Of a stretch of 64,000 bases of DNA, positions 1-12,300 are shown piece after piece. Each line of letters starts with the position of its first letter. Position 1 is the first letter of the stretch. Source of the DNA: Lingula anatina (lineage: Eukaryota; Animalia; Brachiopoda); contig CM120642.1 of assembly GCA_051362555.1 (NCBI GenBank), forward strand, positions 2,108,001 through 2,172,000, given 5' to 3'. The position numbers were made by a program, and so were the translations under genes. Under the pieces are notes generated by a model, which worked only from the letters and a program-made list of their open reading frames with translations, made no database searches and had not been told where the DNA came from.

Positions 1-215
1 GTGTACATATTTATTAGGCACAGAGTATAAGGATAAGATTAGGCTTAAGTTTCAGTATGGAATAACAAAGAATTCATTTTGTGTGTACCTTACCATTGAA
101 TAAAAGTAAAATATGAGATAAAACACATTGCTAATTGATATAATCAGATAGATGAAACATTGCATGTCATCCATGAATTAAAATGTTATACTGATTTTGG
201 TAAAAAGGAGAGTAT

Positions 216-342
216 TGTAGTGGCTGGCCGGGATTGTCCCGGGCTCGGTAGCTCAGTAGGTAAGAGCGGTCGCACAGTTTGCGTGAGTCCCGGGTTCGAG
301 TCCCGGTCGAGCCTTGGTGTTTTCTCCCCCCAAATCGCTACA
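216..342 (+). mobile_element. Solo LTR with internal tRNA-like sequence (Helenus-type TRIM-like)
   Basis: Starts TGTAG (216) and ends CTACA (342), i.e. TG...CA termini with a short inverted repeat. Flanked by a 4-bp direct repeat GTAT (212-215, 343-346). Contains a tRNA-like fold at 242-314. Confidence 0.75.
242..314 (+). pseudogene. tRNA-derived sequence with intact Pol III A and B boxes; not a functional tRNA
   Basis: Acceptor stem GGCTCGG/TCGAGCC, D stem GCTC/GAGC, T stem CCGGG/CCCGG with TTCGAGT loop. A box TAGCTCAGTAGG, B box GGTTCGAGTCC. The anticodon arm is mispaired and lacks U33. Confidence 0.75.
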
Positions 343-954
343 GTATATAAGGGAACTCTTACATGTAGGTAAACATACTGTATTGCATGAAAGAATTTGA
401 ACATACAGACAATGAAACAATAAGGCTACTAGGTAGTACACATGGTGTGATGTCATGTTTTCTGAAATACTTACATTTGTAGAGTTAAAGGGCCTCCGAC
501 CACAGTAAATGTTATTCTGTATTCTCTATCTCTCAGCACTTCTACAACACTGTAAAACAAAACCACAAACAAATCATTATCATCTGGCAAAGGAAAACAC
601 CAAAAGTTTGGACTCTCCACCAGTACAATACGTCACATTTGGAAGGCAAAAATATTTTTTGCGATTTTTTGCGATATTTTAATAAACTGTAACAATAGTT
701 ATTTCGCCCTTACTTAGGTAACTACTACTACTAGTGGTATCAGTATGGTGTCAGATCTGTAAATAAACACTAGCACAGACCTGTGTAAATTTTTCAACGA
801 TTCTATCTGTCTTGTTCTTTGTTGCTCCAAGGCCGTCGGGGCTGGCAAATTAGTCTTAGGTTTGCTGAAAAACCAGCTCATGTTCTAAGTGATGATCAGT
901 CTGAATTGTAAAGCTAAATAGACGTGTTTTTAAAACTTCATACCTTTAATCATA

Positions 955-1134
955 CAGGAAGTGTGAAGTACGTCATCGATTTTGCGCTCTATATATCCCA
1001 CAATGCACTAGTTGCCCACCTTGCGCAGTCGCCAAGCTAAGTACAAGTTCTGAAAAGAAAGACAGGAAACCCAAGCAAAAACTATCATTTAACCCCTGAC
1101 CGAGGGGCGATCATAGCAACCTGCATGGTGTGAG
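955..1134 (+). promoter_or_regulatory. Probable CNOT7/8 promoter and non-coding first exon
   Basis: CpG-richer patch with ETS-like AGGAAGTG (~957), CRE-like TACGTCA (~969) and ZNF143/Staf-like TCCCACAATGCAC (~996-1008). Strong donor GAG|GTAAGA at 1134/1135, and acceptor TTTCAG at 1608 upstream of the ATG at 1690. Confidence 0.5.
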
Positions 1135-1689
1135 GTAAGAAGACTTAGAGTAGTTTGCTACACTATCGATTTTATGGAAAGTAACCGATTAAAAAGATCG
1201 AAAACCCGCCAACATTTCCCCGACCCCCAGTGCCCTTGCCCGCGGTGCACGAGACGAATATATACCAGTTGTTTACTCCTTTACTACAGCAATATGTGCA
1301 GTTAATATGGTTAAGTGGTCTCTTTTGATCAAGAGATGATTAGGTTAATAAAGGTTGTACCTCCTGTGTGGTTACATACAGGATGTGATATGAGTGGCGG
1401 TTCAACCGATTGGCTTAAGCACAGTCCATCGTCAGATTTCGGAGGGGGTATTTTATTAATGAATTAAATTGAATGACTGATGTAAGATGGACACGCTTCG
1501 CAAATTCTGTATTAAAAGATATTTTATCTTTGAGGTATGCTTAATCGAAACGTCAATTTTGTCACACTTTAAATGATTGCATACAGTCTTTGTGCCGTTA
1601 TATTTCAGATTGAGTCATACTGAATGAAGCAGACTATTTTAAGATAAACTTGAAAAGGCTAGCACTGCAGGGAAAGCAAGGAAAGAAGT

Positions 1690-4574
1690 ATGCCATCAGC
1701 GACCCAGCAAGACCATGGTATTCAAGATGTATGGGCAAGCAACCTTGAGGAAGAATTTGCCAAAATCAGACAAATGGTCCCAAAATACAGATACATTGCA
1801 ATGGTATGATGCAGCGGCATAACTTTCTGGTCTTATTTTTGTACGAGAAATTGCATGCCCGTAACAATTAAAGATACATACAAAGTCAATTTTTTGTCAT
1901 AAAAACCAACCAAATGCCAGCATATAGTTTCAAGTAGTATAACTAAGAGAATTACCAAAAGGCATTGTTTAATTTTACCCGAAAGTGATGTTTGAACAGA
2001 TTTTTCTGCTAACATTCTATGCTGTATGTCAATGGGGAAGAAAAGTAGGTCACGAAAGAAGGTTAAATTGACAACCAAACATTTTAAGAAAGGAGCACTC
2101 TAAAGCTCTTTTATGGCTGATCGGGTGATTTATTCAGTTTATCCCTTGGCATGTCGAATTTTTTAGAGTCGTATAAGAAACTAGTAGAAGTGGTTTACAT
2201 GTGTTACTGGGTATCCACGCTCCACCGATGTTCGGTTTGTATGTACCTCTAAAGACAGTGGGAACATAAAATTATCAAAATAGTGTTTTACATTTTCTGT
2301 GATTATGCAGTTATTTAAAGATTATGGTAAACAGATTAATTTGTAATTCACATAGAAAAATCGAATGTCGCATGCACTAGCATAATAGATGTTTTTCAAA
2401 ATATTACTAAGTCCAGTATTGCATGGGTTTTTTTAATGGCTAATTTTCCGTTCTAATTTCAGGACACAGAGTTTCCAGGTGTTGTAGCCAGGCCAATAGG
2501 AGAGTTCAGGAGTACTGCAGACTACCAATACCAGTTACTAAGATGTAATGTGGATCTCCTCAAAGTAATACAGATAGGACTGACTTTTTTAGATGACAAT
2601 GGACAGGCTCCCACACCACATTCTACGTGGCAGTTTAACTTCAAGTTTAATCTCACGTAAGGAACATATCACCCCTTAGTATTTTTATTTTAATTTCAGT
2701 TTAGTTGTATGTAAGCTACACATTCACTCAAAAACTCTCCCATTCTCAGTTTAATGTTGGGATTGATATCTCATAAGACATATATTGTTATGTTGTATTT
2801 TATAGACCCAAGGCTATGTGGTTATTTTTTGCCAAAAAATAACAGATTTGTACTTGTTGAGTAGTTAAGAATATTTAAAGTCATCCTAGACTAGACAAGT
2901 AAGTAGAGAACAAGTGTTTGCATTAAGCAAATAAATACCAACTTGACCCAAGATTATACTGAAATTTGATGATTGAAACATTTTTATCCTACAATCACAG
3001 AGAAGATATGTACGCGCAGGATTCCATAGATCTCCTCACCAAGTCTGGCATCCAGTTTGCGCAGCACCAAGAGGACGGAGTGGACGTCCACGACTTTGCA
3101 GAACTTCTGATGACCTCTGGGATTGTTCTCAGCGACCAAATACGATGGCTGTCTTTTCATAGGTGGGTCATTTAAAAAAGGCTGTGAAACTTTTCCCTGA
3201 GCCTTCAATACTGTCAGTATTTTCAGTGGGCATATTCAGTCTTCTCTGATTTGGATTTGCTCATTGTTTAAGCTATACCAAGTGCCTCAGACCTTAATAT
3301 AGCTAAGAAATTTTTTTTTTTTTTTTTTGGAAAATTTAGCATTTCCCCTAATCTCATAGGCACTGCAGTTCCAGAACTTGAAGAAATAACAATCCATAAA
3401 CCTATTTTGAAGTCAAAATTCTTCATTTATGATATATTTTTGTGATAGAGATAGAAACTGGTGTTTTCAACAAAAATGTTTATATCAAATGATGGTTATT
3501 AATCACATTGCAGAACTTTTTATAATGATTTAACTTTTAACTGTTTAAGAGTAATTTGTGTCATTAGATGAAAACATTTATGAATTATTTTTCAACTTTC
3601 AATCCAGTGGCTATGACTTTGGATACTTGCTGAAACTTCTGACCAATGTAAACTTGCCCTCAGAGGAACAGGAATTCTTTGAACTGTTAAGGATATTCTT
3701 CCCTAACATCTATGATGTGAAATATCTGATGAAGAGCTGTAAAAACTTGAAAGGAGGACTACAAGAGGTAGCTGACCAACTAGAAGTAAGTTTGATGATG
3801 TTGATTTATTACTTTTGGCAAAACTTCTTTCTTAATCATATTGTTGTTCTAAAAAAATCTCCATAGACTATCTGTACAATCTTTTGTCTGCTTAAAAATC
3901 AAGAGGGAAAATTCACATGGTTTGTTTGAAATGCTGTATCTAGAAGCTTAGTTTTCATTTCACAATCTTCCAGCTTACAAGGATAAGTCCACAGCATCCT
4001 GTATCTTCTATTTAACAGAAGCTTCTTAATTTTCATTTCACAATCTTCCAGCTTACAAGGATAGGTCCACAGCATCCTGTATCTTCTATTTAACAGAAGC
4101 TTCTTAATTTTCATTTCACAATCTTCCAGCTTACAAGGATAGGTCCACAGCATCAAGCAGGCAGTGATGCCCTCCTGACAGGACACGCTTTCTTTAAGAT
4201 GAGAGAGGTAAGAGAAAAAACTTAGTTTCTTAGTTATTTATATTCAAGTTACTTATGATAGAGATGGAAAATGCTGAATGTCTGTTATCATGCTTAGACA
4301 AGAAACTGAAACCTATATTTAAAAAAGTTTTCATGGATGCATGGTGTTTTTTTCCCCTTTTCTTCAGATGTTCTTTGAGGATAACATTGATGATGCCAAA
4401 TACTGTGGGCATCTTTATGGACTTGGTTCTTCATATGTACAAAATGGCACAAACTTTGAAAACCAGGCCTATCAGAATCATACCAATAACGCCATCAATA
4501 ACAATGACGTAACAGCAGCATCAACACCCACGCCCACATCGTCTACTGCAGCAACACCAACACTGACTAGTTAA
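1690..4574 (+). CDS. CNOT7: CCR4-NOT complex subunit 7/8 (CAF1/POP2 DEDDh deadenylase)
   Basis: Exons 1690-1803, 2463-2656, 3001-3162, 3608-3785, 4130-4207, 4368-4574 join in phase with GT-AG introns. Motifs: DVWASNLEEEF, AMDTEFPGVVARPIGEF, WQFNFKFNL, SFHSGYDFGYL, YDVKYLMKSCKNLKGGLQEVA, RIGPQHQAGSD, YCGHLYGLG. Confidence 0.97.
3943..4153 (+). repeat. 78-bp tandem repeat (x3) spanning an intron/exon boundary of CNOT7
   Basis: TTTCATTTCACAATCTTCCAG|CTTACAAGGATA(A/G)GTCCACAGCATC recurs with the AG ending at 3973, 4051 and 4129. Confidence 0.95.
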
Positions 4575-7500
4575 CATTAAGGAATAGTATTTTTAGAAGA
4601 AGAAAAAATATCAGGTAAAAGATGATGTGAAAAAGAAGACAAATTGAAGATTCCAAGCCTTACTGCCCCTTCACATGTGATGTTTTTTCCAAGGAAAAAG
4701 AAGATAATATTCCATATTAAAGAGAGGAATATTTCAATGCCAGTTTTTTAATTTAAGAAATCTTTAGATCTGATTCAGTAATGCACAGCAATGTAATATA
4801 TTTGCCGCAAAATGGTATTTGGTTAATTAGCAGTCATTATCATACTTTTTTTCACATTTCTTAAAAATACTATCTATTAGCAGAAAGAATGTGTCCTGAA
4901 GTTTTCAAGTATCAGGTAGTCTTATTAAGATTATTTGATTAATTATTGCTGTATTAGTTTTTAAAAAGAATTATGAAATTATGATAATGGCAGCAGTTTT
5001 GTTGTTTAGATTTGTAGTATTAATCTGTGATCATAATTTGGAAGGTAAGGCAAATCTAATTACTCTTTCTGGAGAGATCTACCAATTTCATTTTTAAGAA
5101 AGGAGGGTGAGGAACCGGGTTGGCACTGTCAATGTATTAAATGGTATGCAATTAAGTACTTTTTTTTTTTTTTTTTGACGATCTTGTGAATTGTTTTTAT
5201 TGCAAGCAGCAGAAATGCCATTTCCATAAGTTACAAAAAGAACATAATGGCTTGAGGATGTATACTTTGATGAAGTAAGGTTTCTGTTCAGTATATTGAA
5301 GAGCTCAAAACTGAGATTATGTTGGTAGTTTTGTGTTTTCAGTTTTTTTCCTACAAGATTTTGATTCATTTTGAAATCGGTGTCCATTTTTTTTTTTTCA
5401 GATTTTTAAAACAATCAATATTTACATAATTTCTCTAAGGATTTGTGATAGATTTTGCCTTTATCATTTACTTTTCTTGACCACTGTCGGTTGTAAAATT
5501 TGTCCAAAATTAGATGTAATTATAGCAAGAAGGATATTACTCCTCCCGTACCTCTTGACTAAGTGTGAAGGTATAAGAACTGAGGCCTGAACTGAAAGGT
5601 AATAGTAATTTTTTTTATTTTCAAAATGTTTTGGACAACTTTTGCAACTAGGTGAAGAATGTTGTATGTGCCATAGCTGTTGGTCTGTTTAGAAATGTCC
5701 AGGGTGATAATTTAGAGTCAATACAATTTTAGCAAGTGCACTTTTGTGTAAACATTTTTTCACATAACATTGCATTTTAATTTGGGACAAGGTTTGTTGT
5801 CTTTGATTTGTGTTTTTTTTTCACAATATCTTTTAACTAAGAGAAAAATAAGTAAAAATGGGTGTCATTTATGAATGCTGTTATTGTAAACTGGGGCCAT
5901 TGAAGAAGCGCTCATGAAAAAAAAGGTTTAAAATGGCCTCCATTGTAAGAAGGAGGTCCTCTGTAACTTTTTAATGGATTTATAGAATTATTTTTAGCAA
6001 GTATTCTACTCTTGGTTGCTCTTTATATAGATGACGTGATATGATAGATGAAAAGCTATAGGTATGTGAATGGTGACTGACCAACACCCCTGCATTTTTT
6101 TCTTTACCTACTCTTTTATTTTTGCCATACTTGTGTATGAGCCTAGTTCTGTGAATTCTGATACAATTACTTTTGATACAATTATGTAAGTATTCATACA
6201 ATATTATTGTCACTGAAGTATTTCTCTAGTGTCCCCCTCTTTTGCTGAAAGGCAACACTGATGTGAATGTGGTATGTATTGTGTGTAATACTAAAAAGGG
6301 CATTTTCTTTTATTGCACCGCAGATAAGCCCTAAATGAAAATTTTTAACAATAAATGTATTTGTGTTACAATTGTGCACAGTGAAAAGACCAGTCGTCAA
6401 GATTGCAAAAGGATCAAATATGATGGAGCAAAGATAGTGAATTCTGAATTTAGGAGTCGGTGATTTTGTCTGTTGAATCAGCCCAACAATACAAATTTAA
6501 TTTCATTTTATACAACATAACAAAATGTCAAATGCTTTCCTAAATACAAAATTGAGCTTTTCTAGGGCATGTCATTTTGATATAATGAAAATTTTTGCTT
6601 TGTACAGAGAGCAATGGAGATGCATCTGTACTAGCAACACACTAAATGGTCAGATAAGATATGGAAGACCAGTCCAGTAGAGGGACTAGGATCTCTCTCT
6701 CCTCCCCCCCCCTCCCCGCTTAGGATGGGACGCATTCTTTTTGTTTTGTAGTCAATTTGTATATTCTGTGATGTATGTGCTTGTCATATTTTATGTGCTT
6801 CTTTCTAAACTGTAAATGACAACTTGGATGTGTTGACAAAGGGAAGAAAGGTCTTCTGAAATTGACACCTTTGTATTTAGAATTATTATTTGAACAACTG
6901 GCATTTGCCTAAGTGATGCTTTGGTGAAATTATTAACTTCTGGTATTTTTTTTTTCTTTTTGAAGTTTCGTTAGAGAAAACTAATGAATATAGTTTAGAC
7001 AGGTACTTAAAAAAAATTTTAAAGGAAAGCATGAGAAGTGCATTTTAGTAAAAGAAGTCTTAATTTTGAAATCAAAGCAGTAAATTGTTTGTCAACCTCT
7101 CCAAGTTGTCATCAGTTGACATTAAAGTGTCAGTGTGAATCTTGATGACACTGGCTGTCATTCGTAGGCTATCACTTTCATGTCACTCGCTATAGTTGAA
7201 CTAGATCTAAAGAAACTGAAAAGCTAACAGCGCTGAAGTGCAAATGTCTTGTGTTCAACAGGATTTGGTTGTCTTCTAGACTGATAACAATATCATAGTT
7301 TATGTCCCAGTCATCATGATTGAGCAACCTAAAACATTCATAGGACACAAGGTTGATGCCTGGGTAGGGTCAGGTTTTAGTTGTTTCAGAAACTTGGTTT
7401 TAAGTGGAAACCTGTATTTTAATATTTAAGCAAGTATTGTGCTGTCAGTTCATCAGTTTCAGGTATTCTTTCACTGTAGCTGTGTGCATGACTGACACTT

Positions 7501-9378
7501 TATTGTCAACAATGTAAGGTCTAGATAGTAGTGTTATAGAGATATTAGTTTGTGCAATGGAGATTTAGTTAAGGTGTCAAAAGTAGGAAGGGCACTTGGG
7601 CTGTCGGTTGTTTTATACTTTGTAAATAAAATTCACAACCATTATTTCTTTTCTATACGCAGCAAAAAACGTTGTTGGTTTTTTATTCCCAAAAATTCAT
7701 TTCATAAAATATCCCCAACAAATAAAGTTTTATTTGTCAATAACTGCTGTGAAAAATTAACTGAGTTTTATAAGCCAATATTTCATCTGCTGACTGTCAG
7801 ACTTTATCAGGTCACGGCATCAAGCTCACCATGCATTTCCCCGCATCTCTATTTTGGCACCTAATGGTACCATACGGGTCTCAGCTGTAGCATTTCAATC
7901 ATGAGTAACTTGTGAGACTCACTGTGAAATTGTGCACTATGCAGACCATATTTGGAGATGAAAGCTGTCAAGTTTGAATGAGTTGTACAAATTTAACTCA
8001 AAATTAAAATAAGAACTGTCAGACGGCTCACTGGATCTATATTTTCTCAATGGTTTTGGTATACATTGGCCATTATGGGGAAACCTGAAATTTCCTGGAA
8101 TTTTTTTTACTATATCAAGGTCCAAACTGCTTTGTTTGTCTTAAATTGGTCTTTCACCAAAGACCTTACAAAATTGTGATTGCCGTGACACATTCTACCC
8201 TCAGTAGTGACAAAAACCTCGGAAGATATATTTTAACATTGGTTACAGGATATCGCAATAGAGGGCACCTGGGTCAACTAACAGCCAACTACATTAATTG
8301 TGGGCCAGTCGTTGGCCATCTGAATTTGGCAGTCTAAGCTTAGCTAGAAAAGTTATTTGTATAACAGCCCCCTGACTTATATGCTATTATTTGTAATTAC
8401 TACAGCAGCTGATTGATTTATCATAGTCTTTATTACAAGCTCATTCTACACTACAGTACACAATGGTATAAAAATATGCTATAGCAGAAAATAATGACAC
8501 TACAGTTAAAAATATCTGTCAGAAATGTAGGTCATGAAAGATATTGCACTGAAAATCAAGTTCACTAACAGTTGAGCACATGTAGATGGAAAAAAATGAA
8601 AGAAAAGTCTATCACAGATTTAGCCATATGCAGATTGTCTATGCACTTTGAGAAAATGTGGCAGAAAATTGGATATAAGGGAAAACTGTCTTTAACAAAT
8701 TGCTTGAGCAAATTTTAAAGTTATAGAATGCTTGATATACTTAGCTTGGTTTTGAGGCAAAATGATGACGTCTGAATTAGATATTGCATTCAACTTTATC
8801 ACTTTTGCTGAATCACACTTATGCTTTCACTTGGTAAAAACATGCCTATATTTATGATTCTACCATGTACTCCGCTTTGCACTTAAAACAACCAGACGAT
8901 ATCAACTCAACTGAGCTATTAATTACATTTAATTCTAATGAAAGACATGCTTTTTTATATAGGTTTGAAAGAGGATGAAAAAGAGTGTGATCATTAAAAT
9001 CTTGAATATAGATATTATGAGTATCAAGAAAGCTAATTACAAAATCTATTGCCTTAGCAAACTATAAAATACTACACTCACTACAAAAGCATAGTATGTG
9101 TGAAGCTTTACTGCATAAAAAATCTTAACAGCAAAATCACAATAAGTCAGCTCACAGGAAAGATGTCTATGCCTCTTTAAGATTTATCATTATACCAACT
9201 TTTTAGCAATATTTAGCTTCAAAAGGTTAAATTCCTTTTTTGTGTATAATTTCATATTTTCTCTCTTAATCAATTTTCCATTATTAATTGCTATTGCATC
9301 TGTTCAATATATATTATTGCTTGTGTCAACATGTTAGGGAATGTGGAAAGTTCAGCAAATGTCAGAGATTTTCATAAT

Positions 9379-12300
9379 TTACACATCTGTCAATTGTCTT
9401 GATTTCTTCTGGAAAAAAGCCAGAGTGTCTTCATAATAGTCCTCAGACAGCCAGAAACACTGAACTGGGTCCACCGAGTTGGACCTGAGAAATAGAAAAG
9501 TTTTTTCAACAGAATATATCATACATACATTCAGAAAACAATTCGAGGGTTGTGCTTCTCAAAAGCTTGTAACTTGCAATAAATTGTAACTATTTACATG
9601 AATACCAACTAGCGTGAATAAACAGACATTACATAAAATGTGACAATAAAATCATAAGTAACACCCTTTTTAAATTACAACCCTGTTACTCTATAGAGCA
9701 CAAGATATAGGAAACAGCACAGTAGTGATCATATGTAATAATCAGTTTCCTGTGTCCTTTGAGACTTTGTCTTATCCTAGAAGTCATTATTATTATAATC
9801 AAATTCCCATAAAGGCCGTCTCCCAATTTTTCTTCTCACCTGGTGCCGTCACTGAACCTAACCCCAATCCTGTCACTCTCCACCGCTGTCACAGTGCCAG
9901 GGAGGTACAGCAAAGTGTCGTCGTCTGCTACTGCCAGCACCCGCTCACCAACACATAGATTATGCCGCTTGGTACACGCACCAAACATGTTAGTTGCCAT
10001 GACAACAGCCATGTTTCCGTCTGCCCATTCCACTACATACTGCCTCCCATTACCAATGCGTTTCTTAACTTCACCTGGAAATGTTTTAATCATAGAAGTT
10101 AAGTGCATCTTTAAGTATTTTTGACATTGCTTTTATGTTTAGCAGTTTTATCTATTTGTACAATCAAAAAAAAAAAAAAAAAAGGGAAAATTTTCTCACA
10201 CCAAGTTCTGGTATGGAAAAAATAATCTTTTTAATAAATTTGTGAAAAAGTTTTCTTTAAAATTAATATATTAAAAATATAGAAAGGTAAATGTTTGTAA
10301 AATTTAACAAAAAAGTAAACTTAATACCTTTATGATAAGTTCCCAATATATTATTCAAAGGGCAAATATTTGTAAAATCTAACAAAATTAAAATAAGAAA
10401 AAAAGATTTTAAAAATTGGTAAACTTCCTACCTAGATGATAAGTTCCAATCAAATCATTCCTTGCCACTACAGCCTGACCCACCCACTGGTCCTCACACT
10501 TTAGGATATGGTCCACATCGTGCTCAAACTTTTCTGGCGCCAGCCTGTACACTTCTTCATAGGGCAACTTGGCTTCTGTGCCATCATAAAAACGAACCGT
10601 CATCTGTAAATCCTGGTACAGTGACAGAACGACAGCTGGTGCGTAACTAAATGAAAAGCTGGGATGACGGGCCACAACTGTGCCTCTTTCCTGAAATATT
10701 TATTTTACATTTCTTTTAAATAAGACCTTTTGGCAATTTGATTTGAAAAAAATAAGATATTTCTAAATATCAAGAAAATGTTATTTAATTAATACAGTAA
10801 TATTATTAATTAATAATATACTCAAAGTAAAAAAGTTAAAATAAATAGGGAGTGATACAGTTGCTCCTTTCAAACTAAAAACCTAATACATGAAGTAAAA
10901 TTAGACATTCACATCTCATAGTTTCAGCATTACCTGTAGCAATTGTTGTACATCATCATTATCAGTGATAATATCCTCCCTGTAAATTCTTTCCATGTCT
11001 CCTGCTCCATCTTCAACAAAATAGCTGCAGTCCCCACAATTCTCGCGTATTGTACCTGTAAGACAATAACAAATCTAAATTAAAAGCAATGCAATTACTT
11101 ATTATAATAATATAAAGAATCAAAATCAGCTGGGTAGCAATAAATGGATCATATTTTGATTTATTTTTGACTAATTGGTTTGTATATTATGTAGTACTTA
11201 GGTGTTTAAATAAAACTGGAAATGCCTCTGGCACATCTAAGAATTAATTCTGACAGCTTCACATAAAACCAATTTTGGGAAAATTCTTGCTCAATCAATT
11301 TTTAAAGGAATGAGGACAGTAAAATTTGTCATAATTTCAATGTCATTGGATCCAGAATGCAATTGCTCAATGATGTCACCAACTTTGCCATATACACACA
11401 AAGATCCTTCTTCAGTGTGGAATTCCGTGATATCAGGTCAAAGTCAATACATTCCAGATGCATTTGAAATCATAGCTAATTTCAAGAGTACTCTCCACTG
11501 ACTCTCACAAGTCAGATTAAATCTAAACAGTACCAGTATTATCAGTACACAGTATTATAAGGATGTGAGTATATATAACAGTATACCTACCTCTATAATA
11601 CCAACCGTCATCCGACCAACGTGCCAATACCTCCTCTCCAACATCAGCTGGTGGCAACGACTGCCTCAGCCTCACTATGGAGGGAATAACTATGGGCCGA
11701 TTAACAGCTGTGATGAAAGAAAAAAAACACATGTACATAAAAAGCATAGAGTGGCATTTTTCTACAATGCTACAAAAAATGCTTTCTATTATGTTTGCAA
11801 TCATTATCAATGAAAAATGAATAAACTTTTAAGTAAAAGAATAATTACTGATATAAACAGTGTAAATATGTTGCATGTATTCATACCAGGTTGCTGATGT
11901 TCAGGTTCACTGTTATTGTCCTCACTTTCTTCACTCTCATTATCAGAATCCTTGGCTGCCCTCCTCTGATTGTTTTCATTATCAGAATCCCTGACTGCTC
12001 TCCTCTGACTGTCTTCATTTTCAGAGTCATGGCAGTCTGAGGACCTCCGCTTTTCTTCATCTTTCTTCTCATCTTCCTTGTCCGAGGAGTTTTGATCTGA
12101 GAGCCACTCTTCTGTGCGGCTTTTCTTGGATTGTGTCTCCTCCTGGTTTCTTGAATCCAGAGACTCCTGCAAAAATGTTTAACAGCTTTTATTAAAAATT
12201 TAAGTTTTCAAATGTCAAACACTATAAGAACAGCTGTTAAAATACATGGCTTGAAGTATTTCTGAATAATACCTAATATGTTTTTATTTAATGACTCAAT

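Noticed and set aside
242-314. Functional tRNA gene or ordinary tRNA-SINE
   Set aside because: The anticodon arm is defective, there is no SINE body or tail, and the sequence sits inside TG...CA ends with a 4-bp TSD.
485-950. Kolobok-like element starting TTAAAGGGCC
   Set aside because: No convincing matching right TIR was found.
3899-4186. 95-aa - strand ORF with repeated MLWTYPCKLEDCE
   Set aside because: By-product of the 78-bp repeat antisense to CNOT7.
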